Source of the DNA: Alphaproteobacteria bacterium
GTDB taxonomy: Bacteria > Pseudomonadota > Alphaproteobacteria > Rs-D84
Assembly (NCBI GenBank): GCA_017409215.1
Contig: JAFQTD010000015.1
Location: forward strand, 261 to 64,260
Reading direction: 5' to 3'
DNA length: 64,000 bases
Shown: piece after piece, positions 54,634-64,000 of the stretch
Position numbering within the stretch: position 1 is the stretch's first letter
Layout: each line of letters starts with the position of its first letter
Notes under the pieces: generated by a model
What the model saw: only the letters and a program-made list of their open reading frames with translations
Told to the model about the DNA's origin: nothing
The model's database searches: none
Position numbers and translations under genes: made by a program

Positions 54634-57411
54634 ATGCTGACCTTGATTGATGGAAATTCTTTACTGTTTCGTGCATACTATGGTGTGCACAGCCGATTGA
54701 CACGACGCGATGGAACCCCAACGGGCGCGGTTTATGGATTCTTGAATATGATTCTGCCAATCTTGTCAACAGCAGAAAAAAATGACAAGGTCGTTTGTGT
54801 CTTTGATGCGTCGCGACAGACTTTTCGCCAAGATATTTATCCAGAATATAAACAAAATCGTTCTGAAACACCCGCCGACTTGATTATGCAGTCGCAAATG
54901 GTCCAACAGTGCCTGCGCGCAATGGGGGTGCCTGTGCTGTGTGTTGCAGGGGTCGAAGCAGATGATGTTATCGCAACACTGGCAAATCAATACTGCGAAA
55001 CAGAAACCAAAACACGTATCATAACAGGCGATAAAGATTTAATGCAGTTGGTGTCCGATTGCGTTTTCTTGTACGATGGTATGAAAAATCGTGAAATACA
55101 TACACAGGAAGTCCTAGAAAAATTTGGGGTTAAACCAAATCAGGTTATTGATGTTCAATCCTTGATGGGGGATTCGTCCGATAATGTTCCAGGGGTGCCT
55201 GGTATCGGTCCAAAAAAAGCCGCAGAACTGATTAACGAATTTCAAACATTGGACAATTTGTACAACAACCTGAGTCAGGTAAAAAATGAACGCATTCGAA
55301 ACCTGCTGCGCGACAATCGTGAAATGGCATATATTTCCAAACAACTGGTCACACTAAAAAAAGATGTGGATTTAAGCGGATTGAAAATTAACCCTTTTGT
55401 TTTCGACAAGAAAAATGCCCTGAATTTTGTCAGGACACAAATCGAAAGCAATTCAATCACCACAAAAATTGATAAATTGTTCCCAGATGATGATACAAAT
55501 TCCCCTGCCCCAGGACTGTTCGAATTTCCTGATAATGCCTGTGATGTTGCGGAATTTATAACTGATAAAGCACCAGATAATACACAATTAAATATTATAC
55601 ATAAAACAATCACCACTGTTGATGAATTAGATGAATTCTTGTCAAAAATCGATAAAATATTGGCAATCGATACAGAAACAACCGGCCTTAATCAAATGTC
55701 TGATAAAATCGTCGGGATTTCTTTGGCAATCAGCGCCACAAATGGCGTATATATACCAATTCGACATCGTGATAATAATGCAAATGAACTGTTCGCAAGC
55801 AATCAGATATCTGATAATCAACTGAAATTAAATCAGGTATATGAAAAACTGTGGCCGATTTTTACAAATCCAAACATACTGAAAATCGGACATAATTTGA
55901 AATATGATTTTCATATCATGGAAAATGAAGGGTGGGATACTTCGAAAATTACGCTGTTTGATGATACGATGCTGTTATCTTATGCGTTATATGGCGCACG
56001 ACACGGACATGGGTTGGATGAATTGGCACAGAAATATCTGGGGCATCAAAATATTGCGTTTGCATCGCTGTTCCCGCCAAAGACAAAAGATGCAGATATG
56101 CATTTTGATATGCTGAGTATACAAGACGCAACACCATACGCAGCAGAAGATGCCTGTGTTTGCTTTGCGTTGTATAAAAAAATGATACCAGAATTGGAAA
56201 ACAATGAAAAACTTTGCCATTTATACAAAACCTGTGATTTACCGTTGATGCCTGTCTTGTTGCAAATGGAAAGAAACGGTGTATTGATTGATAAGGGCAA
56301 ATTACGTCAACTGTCAGGTATATTTCATACACAATTGCAAGAACTGTCCGAACAAATTTGGAAGCTGGCAGGACATGAGTTTAATATCGCAAGCCCAAAA
56401 CAACTGGCGGTGGTGCTGTTTGATGAATTGATGTTGACCGCAAATAAAAAACGTTCAACGGATGCAGATACATTGAATGAACTAATCGATTTGCATCCAA
56501 TAGTTGAAAAAATATTAAATTGGCGTTCTGTTGCAAAGCTGGCTGGAACATACGCGGATGCATTGCCGCACCAAATCAGTGCCGACAATCGAATACATAC
56601 CACTTATTTGCAAACAAGTACAAATACAGGCCGACTGTCCAGTCGCGATCCCAATCTGCAAAATATACCTGTAAAAACTGCACTGGGTGAAGAAATCAGA
56701 AAATGCTTTGTCGCCGCGCCAAATCACGTATTGATATCTGTTGATTATTCACAAATACAGCTGCGACTGTTGGCAGATATCGCCAATGTGCATACGTTCA
56801 AGGAAACTTTTCATAGTGGTGCAGATATACATCAACAAACCGCACGCAAAATATTCAATATTCCCGAAGATATGCCAGTTCCACCACAAATGCGACGGGC
56901 CGCAAAAACAGTTAATTTTTCAATCATATATGGGATTTCCTCTTTTGGTCTGGCCGCACAATTGGGGATGTCCAGAACAGATGCACAAAATATTATCAAT
57001 TCATATATGGCGGAACTGCCCGAGATTCGTGACTATATCGAAAAAACAAAGGCACAAGCCCTTGAAAACGGTTGTGTTTATACGCCATGGGGACGAAAAA
57101 TCGAGTTGCCAGAGGCACGAAACCCGCGTATGCGCGCATACGCAATGCGTGCAGCAGTAAATGCACCAATCCAAGGATTCGAGGCGGACTTGATGCGACG
57201 CGCAATGATAGAGGTAAATAATAAAATAGTTCAACCAAATAGTGATAAAATCCGTATGATTATGCAGGTGCATGACGAAATTGTCTTTGAATGCAAAACG
57301 GATTTTTCCGACGAATTTGCAAAACAAATTAAGTCAGAAATGGAACATACCGCGGAATTGTCTGTACCATTGGTTGCAGAGTATGCGATTAATCAATTTT
57401 GGAGTAAATAA
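54634..57411 (+). CDS. polA: DNA polymerase I
   Basis: 925 aa. 5'-nuclease LIDGNSLLFRAYY, 3'-5' exo ..AIDTETTGL.., polymerase motifs DYSQIQLRLLA and QVHDEIVFE. Confidence 0.97.
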   Translation: MLTLIDGNSLLFRAYYGVHSRLTRRDGTPTGAVYGFLNMILPILSTAEKNDKVVCVFDASRQTFRQDIYPEYKQNRSETPADLIMQSQMVQQCLRAMGVPVLCVAGVEADDVIATLANQYCETETKTRIITGDKDLMQLVSDCVFLYDGMKNREIHTQEVLEKFGVKPNQVIDVQSLMGDSSDNVPGVPGIGPKKAAELINEFQTLDNLYNNLSQVKNERIRNLLRDNREMAYISKQLVTLKKDVDLSGLKINPFVFDKKNALNFVRTQIESNSITTKIDKLFPDDDTNSPAPGLFEFPDNACDVAEFITDKAPDNTQLNIIHKTITTVDELDEFLSKIDKILAIDTETTGLNQMSDKIVGISLAISATNGVYIPIRHRDNNANELFASNQISDNQLKLNQVYEKLWPIFTNPNILKIGHNLKYDFHIMENEGWDTSKITLFDDTMLLSYALYGARHGHGLDELAQKYLGHQNIAFASLFPPKTKDADMHFDMLSIQDATPYAAEDACVCFALYKKMIPELENNEKLCHLYKTCDLPLMPVLLQMERNGVLIDKGKLRQLSGIFHTQLQELSEQIWKLAGHEFNIASPKQLAVVLFDELMLTANKKRSTDADTLNELIDLHPIVEKILNWRSVAKLAGTYADALPHQISADNRIHTTYLQTSTNTGRLSSRDPNLQNIPVKTALGEEIRKCFVAAPNHVLISVDYSQIQLRLLADIANVHTFKETFHSGADIHQQTARKIFNIPEDMPVPPQMRRAAKTVNFSIIYGISSFGLAAQLGMSRTDAQNIINSYMAELPEIRDYIEKTKAQALENGCVYTPWGRKIELPEARNPRMRAYAMRAAVNAPIQGFEADLMRRAMIEVNNKIVQPNSDKIRMIMQVHDEIVFECKTDFSDEFAKQIKSEMEHTAELSVPLVAEYAINQFWSK

Positions 57412-57435
57412 AAAAATAGAAACAAAATAGGATTC

Positions 57436-57813
57436 TTATTTTGTTTCTATGATAACCATTGCTGCACAATATTCACCTTGGTCGGTCAACGACAGGTGTA
57501 CGCGCGCATCATCACCAGCGGATTCTTTTAAAAAGGACTTTGCCCCACCGGAAATCTGTAGTTCTGGGCGGCCAGCATCGTTGTGCGCAACAGAAACATC
57601 CGAAAAAGATATGTCATCACCAAAACCTGTCCCAAGCGCTTTTAAAAAAGCTTCGCGTGCAGCCCAGAAATTCGCCAAATGTTTTTCAGAATTTGCATTG
57701 TCATTGTCTGCGTATTCCAGTTCTTTTTTTGTAAATATACGCTGTTTTTTGAACGCAGACCAATCTAAGAAACGATTGCATTCTACCAAATCTATCCCTA
57801 TTCCGATTATCAT
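57436..57813 (-). CDS. acpS: holo-[acyl-carrier-protein] synthase
   Basis: MIIGIGIDLVECNRF.., ..WAAREAFLKALGTG. Confidence 0.9.
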   Translation of the reverse strand: MIIGIGIDLVECNRFLDWSAFKKQRIFTKKELEYADNDNANSEKHLANFWAAREAFLKALGTGFGDDISFSDVSVAHNDAGRPELQISGGAKSFLKESAGDDARVHLSLTDQGEYCAAMVIIETK

Positions 57814-57927
57814 ATTTAGACTCCCTTGGGTAAACAATCTTGATAAAGAATACTAATAACAAATAAGCGATTCGTGCAAGCAGAAAATACACACGAAGAA
57901 AAACCGCCACAATGGGCGGGTGGGGGA

Positions 57928-58032
57928 TTATTTCTTGCATTCGGATTTTGATGCGTCCATTTTCTTGTCGCACTTATCGTGCATACCAGAACAATTTTTG
58001 CATTTTCCGTTTTTGCTTTCTGACTTTGACAT
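57928..58032 (-). CDS. candidate 34-aa Lys/Cys-rich peptide (below ORF-track cutoff)
   Basis: RBS AAGGA 8 nt upstream of the ATG. MSKSESKNGKCKNCSGMHDKCDKKMDASKSECKK*. Followed by hairpin CCGCCCATTGTGGCGG. Confidence 0.4.
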   Translation of the reverse strand: MSKSESKNGKCKNCSGMHDKCDKKMDASKSECKK

Positions 58033-58186
58033 TTTTATATCCTTTGTTTTTGATTGTTAGTGTTTCGTCCGGACATTATTTATAATACATATTATGATAG
58101 CCCAATACAATATGCGTATTTTCCCAAAATCCTTTAAAAAAGTATTTGTGTTTTTTATTTAATAATTATAGAATACCACAGGTTGT

Positions 58187-58263
58187 CGGGGTGTAGCTCA
58201 GCCTGGTAGAGTACTTGCATGGGGTGCAAGGGGTCGCAAGTTCGATTCTTGTCACCCCGACCA
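58187..58263 (+). tRNA. tRNA-Pro (GGG)
   Basis: CGGGGTGTAGCTCAGCCTGGTAGAGTACTTGCATGGGGTGCAAGGGGTCGCAAGTTCGATTCTTGTCACCCCGACCA; loop ATGGGGT. Confidence 0.93.
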
Positions 58264-58336
58264 TTTTTACTTAACATAAATTGCAGTTATTGTTTTTATA
58301 ATATCTGTCATATATATAGGTTCAAAGGAGTCTGTA

Positions 58337-58795
58337 ATGAATAATTATCAGGATTGGTTAAAGCAAGGTAAAATCCTGCAAATCAAAGACGGAAAACTTT
58401 TGGTCGGTGGAAAACCAGCGGTTACTTATAACAATGAAAAAATCTTGATGCCAACAGTTGATGCACTGGGAACGGATTTTCAGGAAATTCAAGTAATGCA
58501 ATCTGTCACCAAGGGTGCTTATACACAATCAGGCAACCCAACACCAGGTAAGGGTTCTTATTTGTGGTTGCGCGCAAAAAGCACAAATGGAATATGGTCG
58601 GATTGGTTGTGCCGTTTGGAATACATCGGTTTTATGAGTAGCACAAGATTAGCAGCAGCAGAAATTGCCAAGGCGGCTTCTGTGTTGCAAAATAAAAAAA
58701 GAACTGATTTCCGCGAAGCAGTGTTGAAAAATATTAGCAAAAAAAATCAGTTGGCGAATATTATCGGCGCATTGCAACAAAGCAAAACAAAATAA
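58337..58795 (+). CDS. hypothetical protein
   Basis: 152-aa ORF with RBS AAGGAG; no motif recognised. Confidence 0.45.
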   Translation: MNNYQDWLKQGKILQIKDGKLLVGGKPAVTYNNEKILMPTVDALGTDFQEIQVMQSVTKGAYTQSGNPTPGKGSYLWLRAKSTNGIWSDWLCRLEYIGFMSSTRLAAAEIAKAASVLQNKKRTDFREAVLKNISKKNQLANIIGALQQSKTK

Positions 58796-58844
58796 TTTTT
58801 AGTTAAACAAACAGTCGCCCAAATGGCGGCTGTTTGTTTATGCA

Positions 58845-59288
58845 TTATTCATCGACACCACAATTTGACATTATCATATCAGCAATATGAACTTGCTGTG
58901 CATAGTCGCGCGCCATCGGAACCGCGCATGGATTGCAATCCCCAAAAATATCACCAGCATTGCAAACATACGCGACGTCTTGACACAATCCGTATGTAGT
59001 TCTTTCTATGCGATGATTCATATAATCTTGGGCAATTTCCCAATATTTTTCGGGTACTGCCCTGGGGTCGTATTCCCACATCTGTTGCACCGTTTTTATC
59101 GTTTGTTGAATACAGGGCGCAGAACCACTGATATGCAATACATCGCCCGAAACATTATTCGTTGGGTCGGGATTGTTTTGATGTATCATTGTCCACGCAA
59201 TTATGGCAATGCAAAAAAACATTACCAAAAATAAAAATATAAAATGTGCAATCGTAAATGCAGTTGTGTTTGTTTGAAATTTCGCCAT
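58845..59288 (-). CDS. membrane-anchored Cys-containing protein, unknown
   Basis: 147 aa, one N-terminal TM (FTIAHFIFLFLVMFFCIAIIAWTM). Confidence 0.45.
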   Translation of the reverse strand: MAKFQTNTTAFTIAHFIFLFLVMFFCIAIIAWTMIHQNNPDPTNNVSGDVLHISGSAPCIQQTIKTVQQMWEYDPRAVPEKYWEIAQDYMNHRIERTTYGLCQDVAYVCNAGDIFGDCNPCAVPMARDYAQQVHIADMIMSNCGVDE

Positions 59289-59421
59289 AATTCATCCTTT
59301 GCTGTAATTCTAGCACTTTTAATCACATCAGAATATAGTTTTAAATTCCCATTTATATTGAAAATCTGAAAAAAAAGATTTATGATACAGTCGTGTCTGG
59401 GACAACAAAAGGGGGTTTAAA

Positions 59422-60306
59422 ATGTTCATTACAGAAAAATTAGAGACTTTTTCTTGGATTAATGTTGGAAACCCTGACCACGAAGACTTTGAAAAGTTGC
59501 AAACTGATTACAAAATTGATGAAGATACAATATCAGATATCTTGGACCCAGATGAACAGCCCAGATTAGAAGTCGAAGATGACTATAAAGTCATAATTGT
59601 CCGCTTTCCGATTATTAATCGCGAAAATGATACGCTGTGGCATACAGAACCACTGTCCATAATATACTCTGATAAGCGCGTTATTACCGTATGTCGTAAA
59701 CGTTGCGACCTGTTGGACAGAATAAAAAAATCAGAAAAAACATCACGTGAAGAATTTATTTTAAATATTATTTATTATATCGCTGAATCTTATCTGCGTA
59801 TGTTAAAAGAACTTAACAAACGTGTTTTGGCATCTAAAAAAGCACTGCAAGAACGTATCCGAAAAAAGGAACTGCTGGATTTGTTAGAGGTTGAAAACAG
59901 TTATACCCTGTATATGGCGGGAATACGCGGAAATGCAGCTGTGCTGGACAAGTTGGAAAAAGTACGTGGATTTGTGAAAACAGATGATGCACAAGAACTG
60001 GCCGAGGATGCGCGTATCGAATTATTACAGGCGACAGAGGTTGTGTCTTCGTACAGTAAGATGCTGAAATCAATCAAGGAAACCTTTGAAAGTGTAATTA
60101 ATATGGATTCTAATACGAATATTAATCGCTTGACTATGTGGAATATCTTGCTGGTAATTCCAACTGTGGTCGTTGGATATTATGGTATGAATCTGGAACT
60201 GCCGTTCGCACAACATCACGAAACAGCAACCGCAATATTCGTCTTTATTATGGTGTTATTGCTGGGGTTTGCAATGTTTAGCACAATTAAAAGAAAAATT
60301 ATATAA
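59422..60306 (+). CDS. corA: CorA-family magnesium/cobalt transporter
   Basis: YGMNLELPF (GMN motif) followed by a final TM. Confidence 0.8.
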   Translation: MFITEKLETFSWINVGNPDHEDFEKLQTDYKIDEDTISDILDPDEQPRLEVEDDYKVIIVRFPIINRENDTLWHTEPLSIIYSDKRVITVCRKRCDLLDRIKKSEKTSREEFILNIIYYIAESYLRMLKELNKRVLASKKALQERIRKKELLDLLEVENSYTLYMAGIRGNAAVLDKLEKVRGFVKTDDAQELAEDARIELLQATEVVSSYSKMLKSIKETFESVINMDSNTNINRLTMWNILLVIPTVVVGYYGMNLELPFAQHHETATAIFVFIMVLLLGFAMFSTIKRKII

Positions 60307-60310
60307 ATCG

Positions 60311-61828
60311 CTATTTGATGCCGTATTTGCCACGATTGATGGGGCGATAGGATAAGGCCTCGGCTAAATCAGACATTTCAATATTATCCGAGCCGCGCAA
60401 ATCTGCAATTGTGCGCGCCAGACGCTTTATTCGATTATAACCACGTGCAGACATTCCCATCTTTTCTGCAGCAGTGTTTAGAAATGCAGATAATTCTTTA
60501 TCAAGTGCGGCAAATTGTTCAAGGTCTGGGCCGTCCAATAATGCGTTTACCCGACCCTGACGCGACAACTGACGGTCACGCGCAGCAATAACACGTGCGC
60601 GTATTGTTGCACTGCTTTCGCGTGGCGATGTGTCGGTCGCCATTTCCCAAGGATTGACCGCATCAACATCAACGTGTAAATCAATTCTGTCCAGCAATGG
60701 ACCAGATATCTTGTTCTGATATGCTTCGGCACAACGGGGCGCACGACTGCACGATAATGCAGCATTTCCCAAATGCCCACATGGACATGGATTCATCGCC
60801 GCAATTAACTGAAAACGTGCAGGATATGTCGCATTTCGACGGGCGCGCGATATTAAAATACGGCCTGATTCCATCGGCTGACGTAAAATTTCAAGTGTCG
60901 CACGATTGAATTCTGGCAATTCGTCCAAAAACAAGACCCCATTATGCGCCAATGAAATCTCGCCCGGGCGGGCATCTGAACCGCCACCAGCCAATGCAAC
61001 AGGACTGGAAGTATGGTGCACACTGCGGAACGGACGGGCAGATATCAACCCGCGTCCAGATAATTGACCCGCAATAGAATATATTGTCGATGTTTCTAAA
61101 ATCTCTGACGCGGTCATTTCGGGCATAATCGTCGGTAAACGCGATGCCAGCATTGTCTTGCCAGACCCAGGGGGCCCAACCATCAACATCGCATGTCCAC
61201 CAGCCGCTGCAATTTCCAATGCGCGTTTCGCAGCCGCCTGGCCATGAACGTCCGCCATATCAAGCGTTGTGTTCGCCATTGTTTCGGGCGTGGTTAATTC
61301 GGGGACAGGTAAAATCTGTGTGCCCTTGAAATGATTTATCAATTGTACAACATGAAATGGCGCAAGAATATTTGTGTGGCCCGCCCATCGTGCCTCAATC
61401 CCTTGGTCGCCAGAACATATAATACCCAGATTATGTGATTGCGCCCAAACACTGGCAGGTAAAACAGCATCTGTTTTTACAATTGTGCCGTTAAGTCCAA
61501 CCTCGCCCAATATTAGGTACTTTTCAAGTTCGTTTTCTGGCAATACACCAATCGCACACAAAATGCCACACAATATCGGCAAATCAAAATGAGAACCAGA
61601 CTTCTCAACATCTGCGGGGGATAAATTTACAGTTAAACGCTTTGGCGGTAATGACAAGTTTAATGCAGACAAAACATTTCGAATGCGCTCGGCAGATTCT
61701 TTGACCGCCCTGTCCGCCAATCCAATAATATTAAATTCTGGCTTTGACAGGCCAGATGATAACTGAACCTGAACATCAATTGGTGTCGCATCCATACCAT
61801 TAAAAATAATCGACTTTAAAGATATCAT
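60311..61828 (-). CDS. YifB/ComM family Mg-chelatase-like ATPase
   Basis: Start at MISLKS. Lon-like N-domain, Walker A MVGPPGSGKTM, ..GVLFLDELPEF. Confidence 0.9.
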   Translation of the reverse strand: MISLKSIIFNGMDATPIDVQVQLSSGLSKPEFNIIGLADRAVKESAERIRNVLSALNLSLPPKRLTVNLSPADVEKSGSHFDLPILCGILCAIGVLPENELEKYLILGEVGLNGTIVKTDAVLPASVWAQSHNLGIICSGDQGIEARWAGHTNILAPFHVVQLINHFKGTQILPVPELTTPETMANTTLDMADVHGQAAAKRALEIAAAGGHAMLMVGPPGSGKTMLASRLPTIMPEMTASEILETSTIYSIAGQLSGRGLISARPFRSVHHTSSPVALAGGGSDARPGEISLAHNGVLFLDELPEFNRATLEILRQPMESGRILISRARRNATYPARFQLIAAMNPCPCGHLGNAALSCSRAPRCAEAYQNKISGPLLDRIDLHVDVDAVNPWEMATDTSPRESSATIRARVIAARDRQLSRQGRVNALLDGPDLEQFAALDKELSAFLNTAAEKMGMSARGYNRIKRLARTIADLRGSDNIEMSDLAEALSYRPINRGKYGIK

Positions 61829-61900
61829 ATTTGTTATATTATAACTTGAATTAAAATTCTGCAAGTTATAATATAGCCATATCAATGAAAGGATTTGTTT

Positions 61901-62779
61901 ATGCCAGCAAAAAGTAAAAATAAAGCACGTGAATGGTTTAATACTATATTCTATGGCGTGTTAATCGCAATCGTTTTCCGCAGTTTTTTATTAGAACCAT
62001 TTAATATTCCATCGGGTTCTATGATACCAACGCTGCATGTTGGTGACCATATCTTTGTGAAAAAATGGTCGTACGGTTATTCTAGATATTCTTTCCCGTT
62101 TGGTTCTTGGCGATTGTGGAACGGTCGATTTTGGGCAACAGAACCAGAGGTTGGCGATGTCGTCGTTTTCAGAAACCCAATCAACGAATCACAGGACTAT
62201 GTAAAAAGACTTATCGGAAAACCTGGCGATAAAATACAGATGATTAATGGACGGTTGCATATAAATGATGTACAAGTGCAACGCGATAACCCAAGGCCAT
62301 ATATCGTTGCTGTATTACCAAAATCTATGCGAAGTGTCGGTTTCTATACTGACGATATGTCTATCAAAGGGAATAAAATATGGAAAAATAATAAACCTGC
62401 AGAATTTAATTATACCATCGAATATAAACCAGATAGTTTTTGCAATGAATTCAAGGGGGCATGCGGGGTATTTGAAGCAACAGAATATACGGAAACGTTG
62501 CCGAACGGTGTAAAACACAGTATTATCGAATTTAGCGACGATGCGCATTTTGATAATACACAACCGTTTGTTGTACCAGAAAACCATTTGTTCTTTATGG
62601 GCGACAATCGTGACAACAGCGGGGATAGTCGTGGCGAAGTCGGCTTTGTGCCACGCGATAATGTGCTGGGGGATGTTTGGTTCGTTTGGTATTCGCACAA
62701 TTATTATGCGCCCCTGCTGGCACCATGGACGTGGGGCAAAAAAATAAGATGGGACAGATTTGGAATGGGGATAGACTGA
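61901..62779 (+). CDS. lepB: signal peptidase I
   Basis: ATG 61901 after RBS AAAGGA. IPSGSMIPTL, ..YVKRLIGKPGD.., GDNRDNSGDSR. Confidence 0.92.
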   Translation: MPAKSKNKAREWFNTIFYGVLIAIVFRSFLLEPFNIPSGSMIPTLHVGDHIFVKKWSYGYSRYSFPFGSWRLWNGRFWATEPEVGDVVVFRNPINESQDYVKRLIGKPGDKIQMINGRLHINDVQVQRDNPRPYIVAVLPKSMRSVGFYTDDMSIKGNKIWKNNKPAEFNYTIEYKPDSFCNEFKGACGVFEATEYTETLPNGVKHSIIEFSDDAHFDNTQPFVVPENHLFFMGDNRDNSGDSRGEVGFVPRDNVLGDVWFVWYSHNYYAPLLAPWTWGKKIRWDRFGMGID

Positions 62780-62780
62780 T

Positions 62781-63413
62781 ATGAATATAATTAATTATGT
62801 TTTTAATGATGAATCTTTGCTGGATTTAGCATTGACACAAAGTGGTGCAGATGCGCAGTGCAATAATGAACGGCTTGAATTTATTGGCGACCGCGTATTG
62901 GGGCTTAGTATCGCAACACTGCTGTACGATATGTACCCAAACGAAACCGAAGGTGAACTGGCGCGCAGGCACGCAATGCTGGTTTCAACAGATACGCTGG
63001 GGAATGTCGCACAGGCAATCGGGCTTGATAAACTGTTGAAACATGGACACATGACCGCAGGACGAAAAAAACATATCCTTGCAAATGCGATGGAGGCAGT
63101 GCTGGGCGCAGTATATCTGGATGGGGGGTATGAAAACGCAAGGATTTTGATTTGTGATATGTGGCGCGAACTGGCTGCAGCAGATACAAAACCACCCAAA
63201 GACCCCAAAACAGCCTTGCAGGAGTTAGTGCAGCGGTCCGATAACGGTAATCTGCCAGTGTATGAATATACAGATGCAGTTGGGGCATCTCATAATCCTG
63301 TTTTTAGCGTGAAAGTTAGCGCGATGGGAAAAAGTGCAACAGGGAAAGGTAGCTCGAAGAAAGAAGCAAGTATAAATGCAGCAGAGGCATTGCTGAAAAT
63401 CCTTGCAATTTAA
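62781..63413 (+). CDS. rnc: ribonuclease III
   Basis: NERLEFIGDRVLG signature; C-terminal dsRBD ..GKGSSKKEASINAAEALL. Confidence 0.95.
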   Translation: MNIINYVFNDESLLDLALTQSGADAQCNNERLEFIGDRVLGLSIATLLYDMYPNETEGELARRHAMLVSTDTLGNVAQAIGLDKLLKHGHMTAGRKKHILANAMEAVLGAVYLDGGYENARILICDMWRELAAADTKPPKDPKTALQELVQRSDNGNLPVYEYTDAVGASHNPVFSVKVSAMGKSATGKGSSKKEASINAAEALLKILAI

Positions 63414-63465
63414 TGTTTTCAACAGTAAAATCAAACAAAACTAAATATAACACTAAGGATTTAAT

Positions 63466-63834
63466 ATGTTTTCTATTTTGTTAGTATTGTTAATAATTGT
63501 CGCAGTTATGATGATTGGTTTAATCTTGTTGCAAAAGTCCGAAGGGTCTGGAATGTCTGGGTCTGCCGCTGCGTCTATGTTCGGTGGTGCATTGACTGGC
63601 GCCGCTGCGGGGAACTTTTTGACACGCGCGACCGCATGGCTGGCATTTTTGTTCTTTGTTTTGTGTGCTGCATTGGCGTTGGTTTCTGCAAAGTCAAATG
63701 TCGCAACACAGCAAAGTGAACTGCGTCAGGAACTGGTGACCCAGGGGCAAGTTGCACCGTCACAGGCGCCCGTTGATGAAAACGCACCTGTTGATGATAC
63801 GCCAAAAACAATTGAAGATTTAATGAATAAATAA
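63466..63834 (+). CDS. secG: preprotein translocase subunit SecG
   Basis: ..GLILLQKSEGSGMSG.. followed by a second TM; terminator ACCGCCATATTGGCGGT after the stop. Confidence 0.85.
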   Translation: MFSILLVLLIIVAVMMIGLILLQKSEGSGMSGSAAASMFGGALTGAAAGNFLTRATAWLAFLFFVLCAALALVSAKSNVATQQSELRQELVTQGQVAPSQAPVDENAPVDDTPKTIEDLMNK

Positions 63835-64000
63835 AATAGACCGCCATATTGGCGGTTCTTTTATTTGAAACAATTTGTCCTTTGTGATAGCCTGTCAATT
63901 ATGGGAACAATTAACGAACCAGATATTATTCAGAAAAATATATAACTTATTGTTTATCAATTGAAAAATCTAGTTTTAAATTTGGAAAACTTGAATGACT

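Overview
AT-rich bacterial chromosome segment. The housekeeping genes (alaS, HU, tyrS, rpoZ, mtaB, holB, tatD, pth, polA, acpS, lepB, rnc, secG) and five tRNAs look alphaproteobacterial. RPE-like palindromes and several eukaryote-like proteins suggest a host-associated lineage (inference). Between the housekeeping blocks lie accessory segments. (1) 7.9-15.1 kb, directly downstream of tRNA-Glu: at least 8 same-orientation copies of a ~200-bp structured repeat. Each carries a mimic of the tRNA-Glu 3' end plus a terminator hairpin, and the copies separate one- or two-gene modules (three GNATs, HAD, protein-kinase-like, lipoproteins, MORN/YwqK-like, a serum-amyloid-A homologue). No integrase is visible. 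This is my best candidate for an undescribed cassette/recombination system. (2) 15.1-16.4 kb: a truncated ABC-F paralogue, an orphan Tlde1-like toxin tip and two small membrane proteins. (3) 18.4-22.7 kb: an ATGA-coupled operon of a glycine-zipper-like secreted protein and a 1117-aa Cys-rich HEXXH protein. (4) 22.9-30 kb: Fic plus a complete type II-C CRISPR-Cas locus (20 repeats, 974-aa Cas9, cas1, cas2, tracrRNA) with an extended -10 promoter inside every repeat. (5) 30.3-36.6 kb: a Nudix/ASCH/CYTH/P-loop kinase/phosphodiesterase cluster with tyrS embedded. (6) 36.6-39.4 kb: a serine-recombinase remnant and an ASCH + PIN-GNAT-like-PUA-like gene pair abutting tRNA-Ser. (7) Cys-rich secreted proteins, a tRNA-Leu whose anticodon reads AAG, and an outer-membrane/adhesin cluster. 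All domain calls rest on motifs read by eye; no database search was possible.
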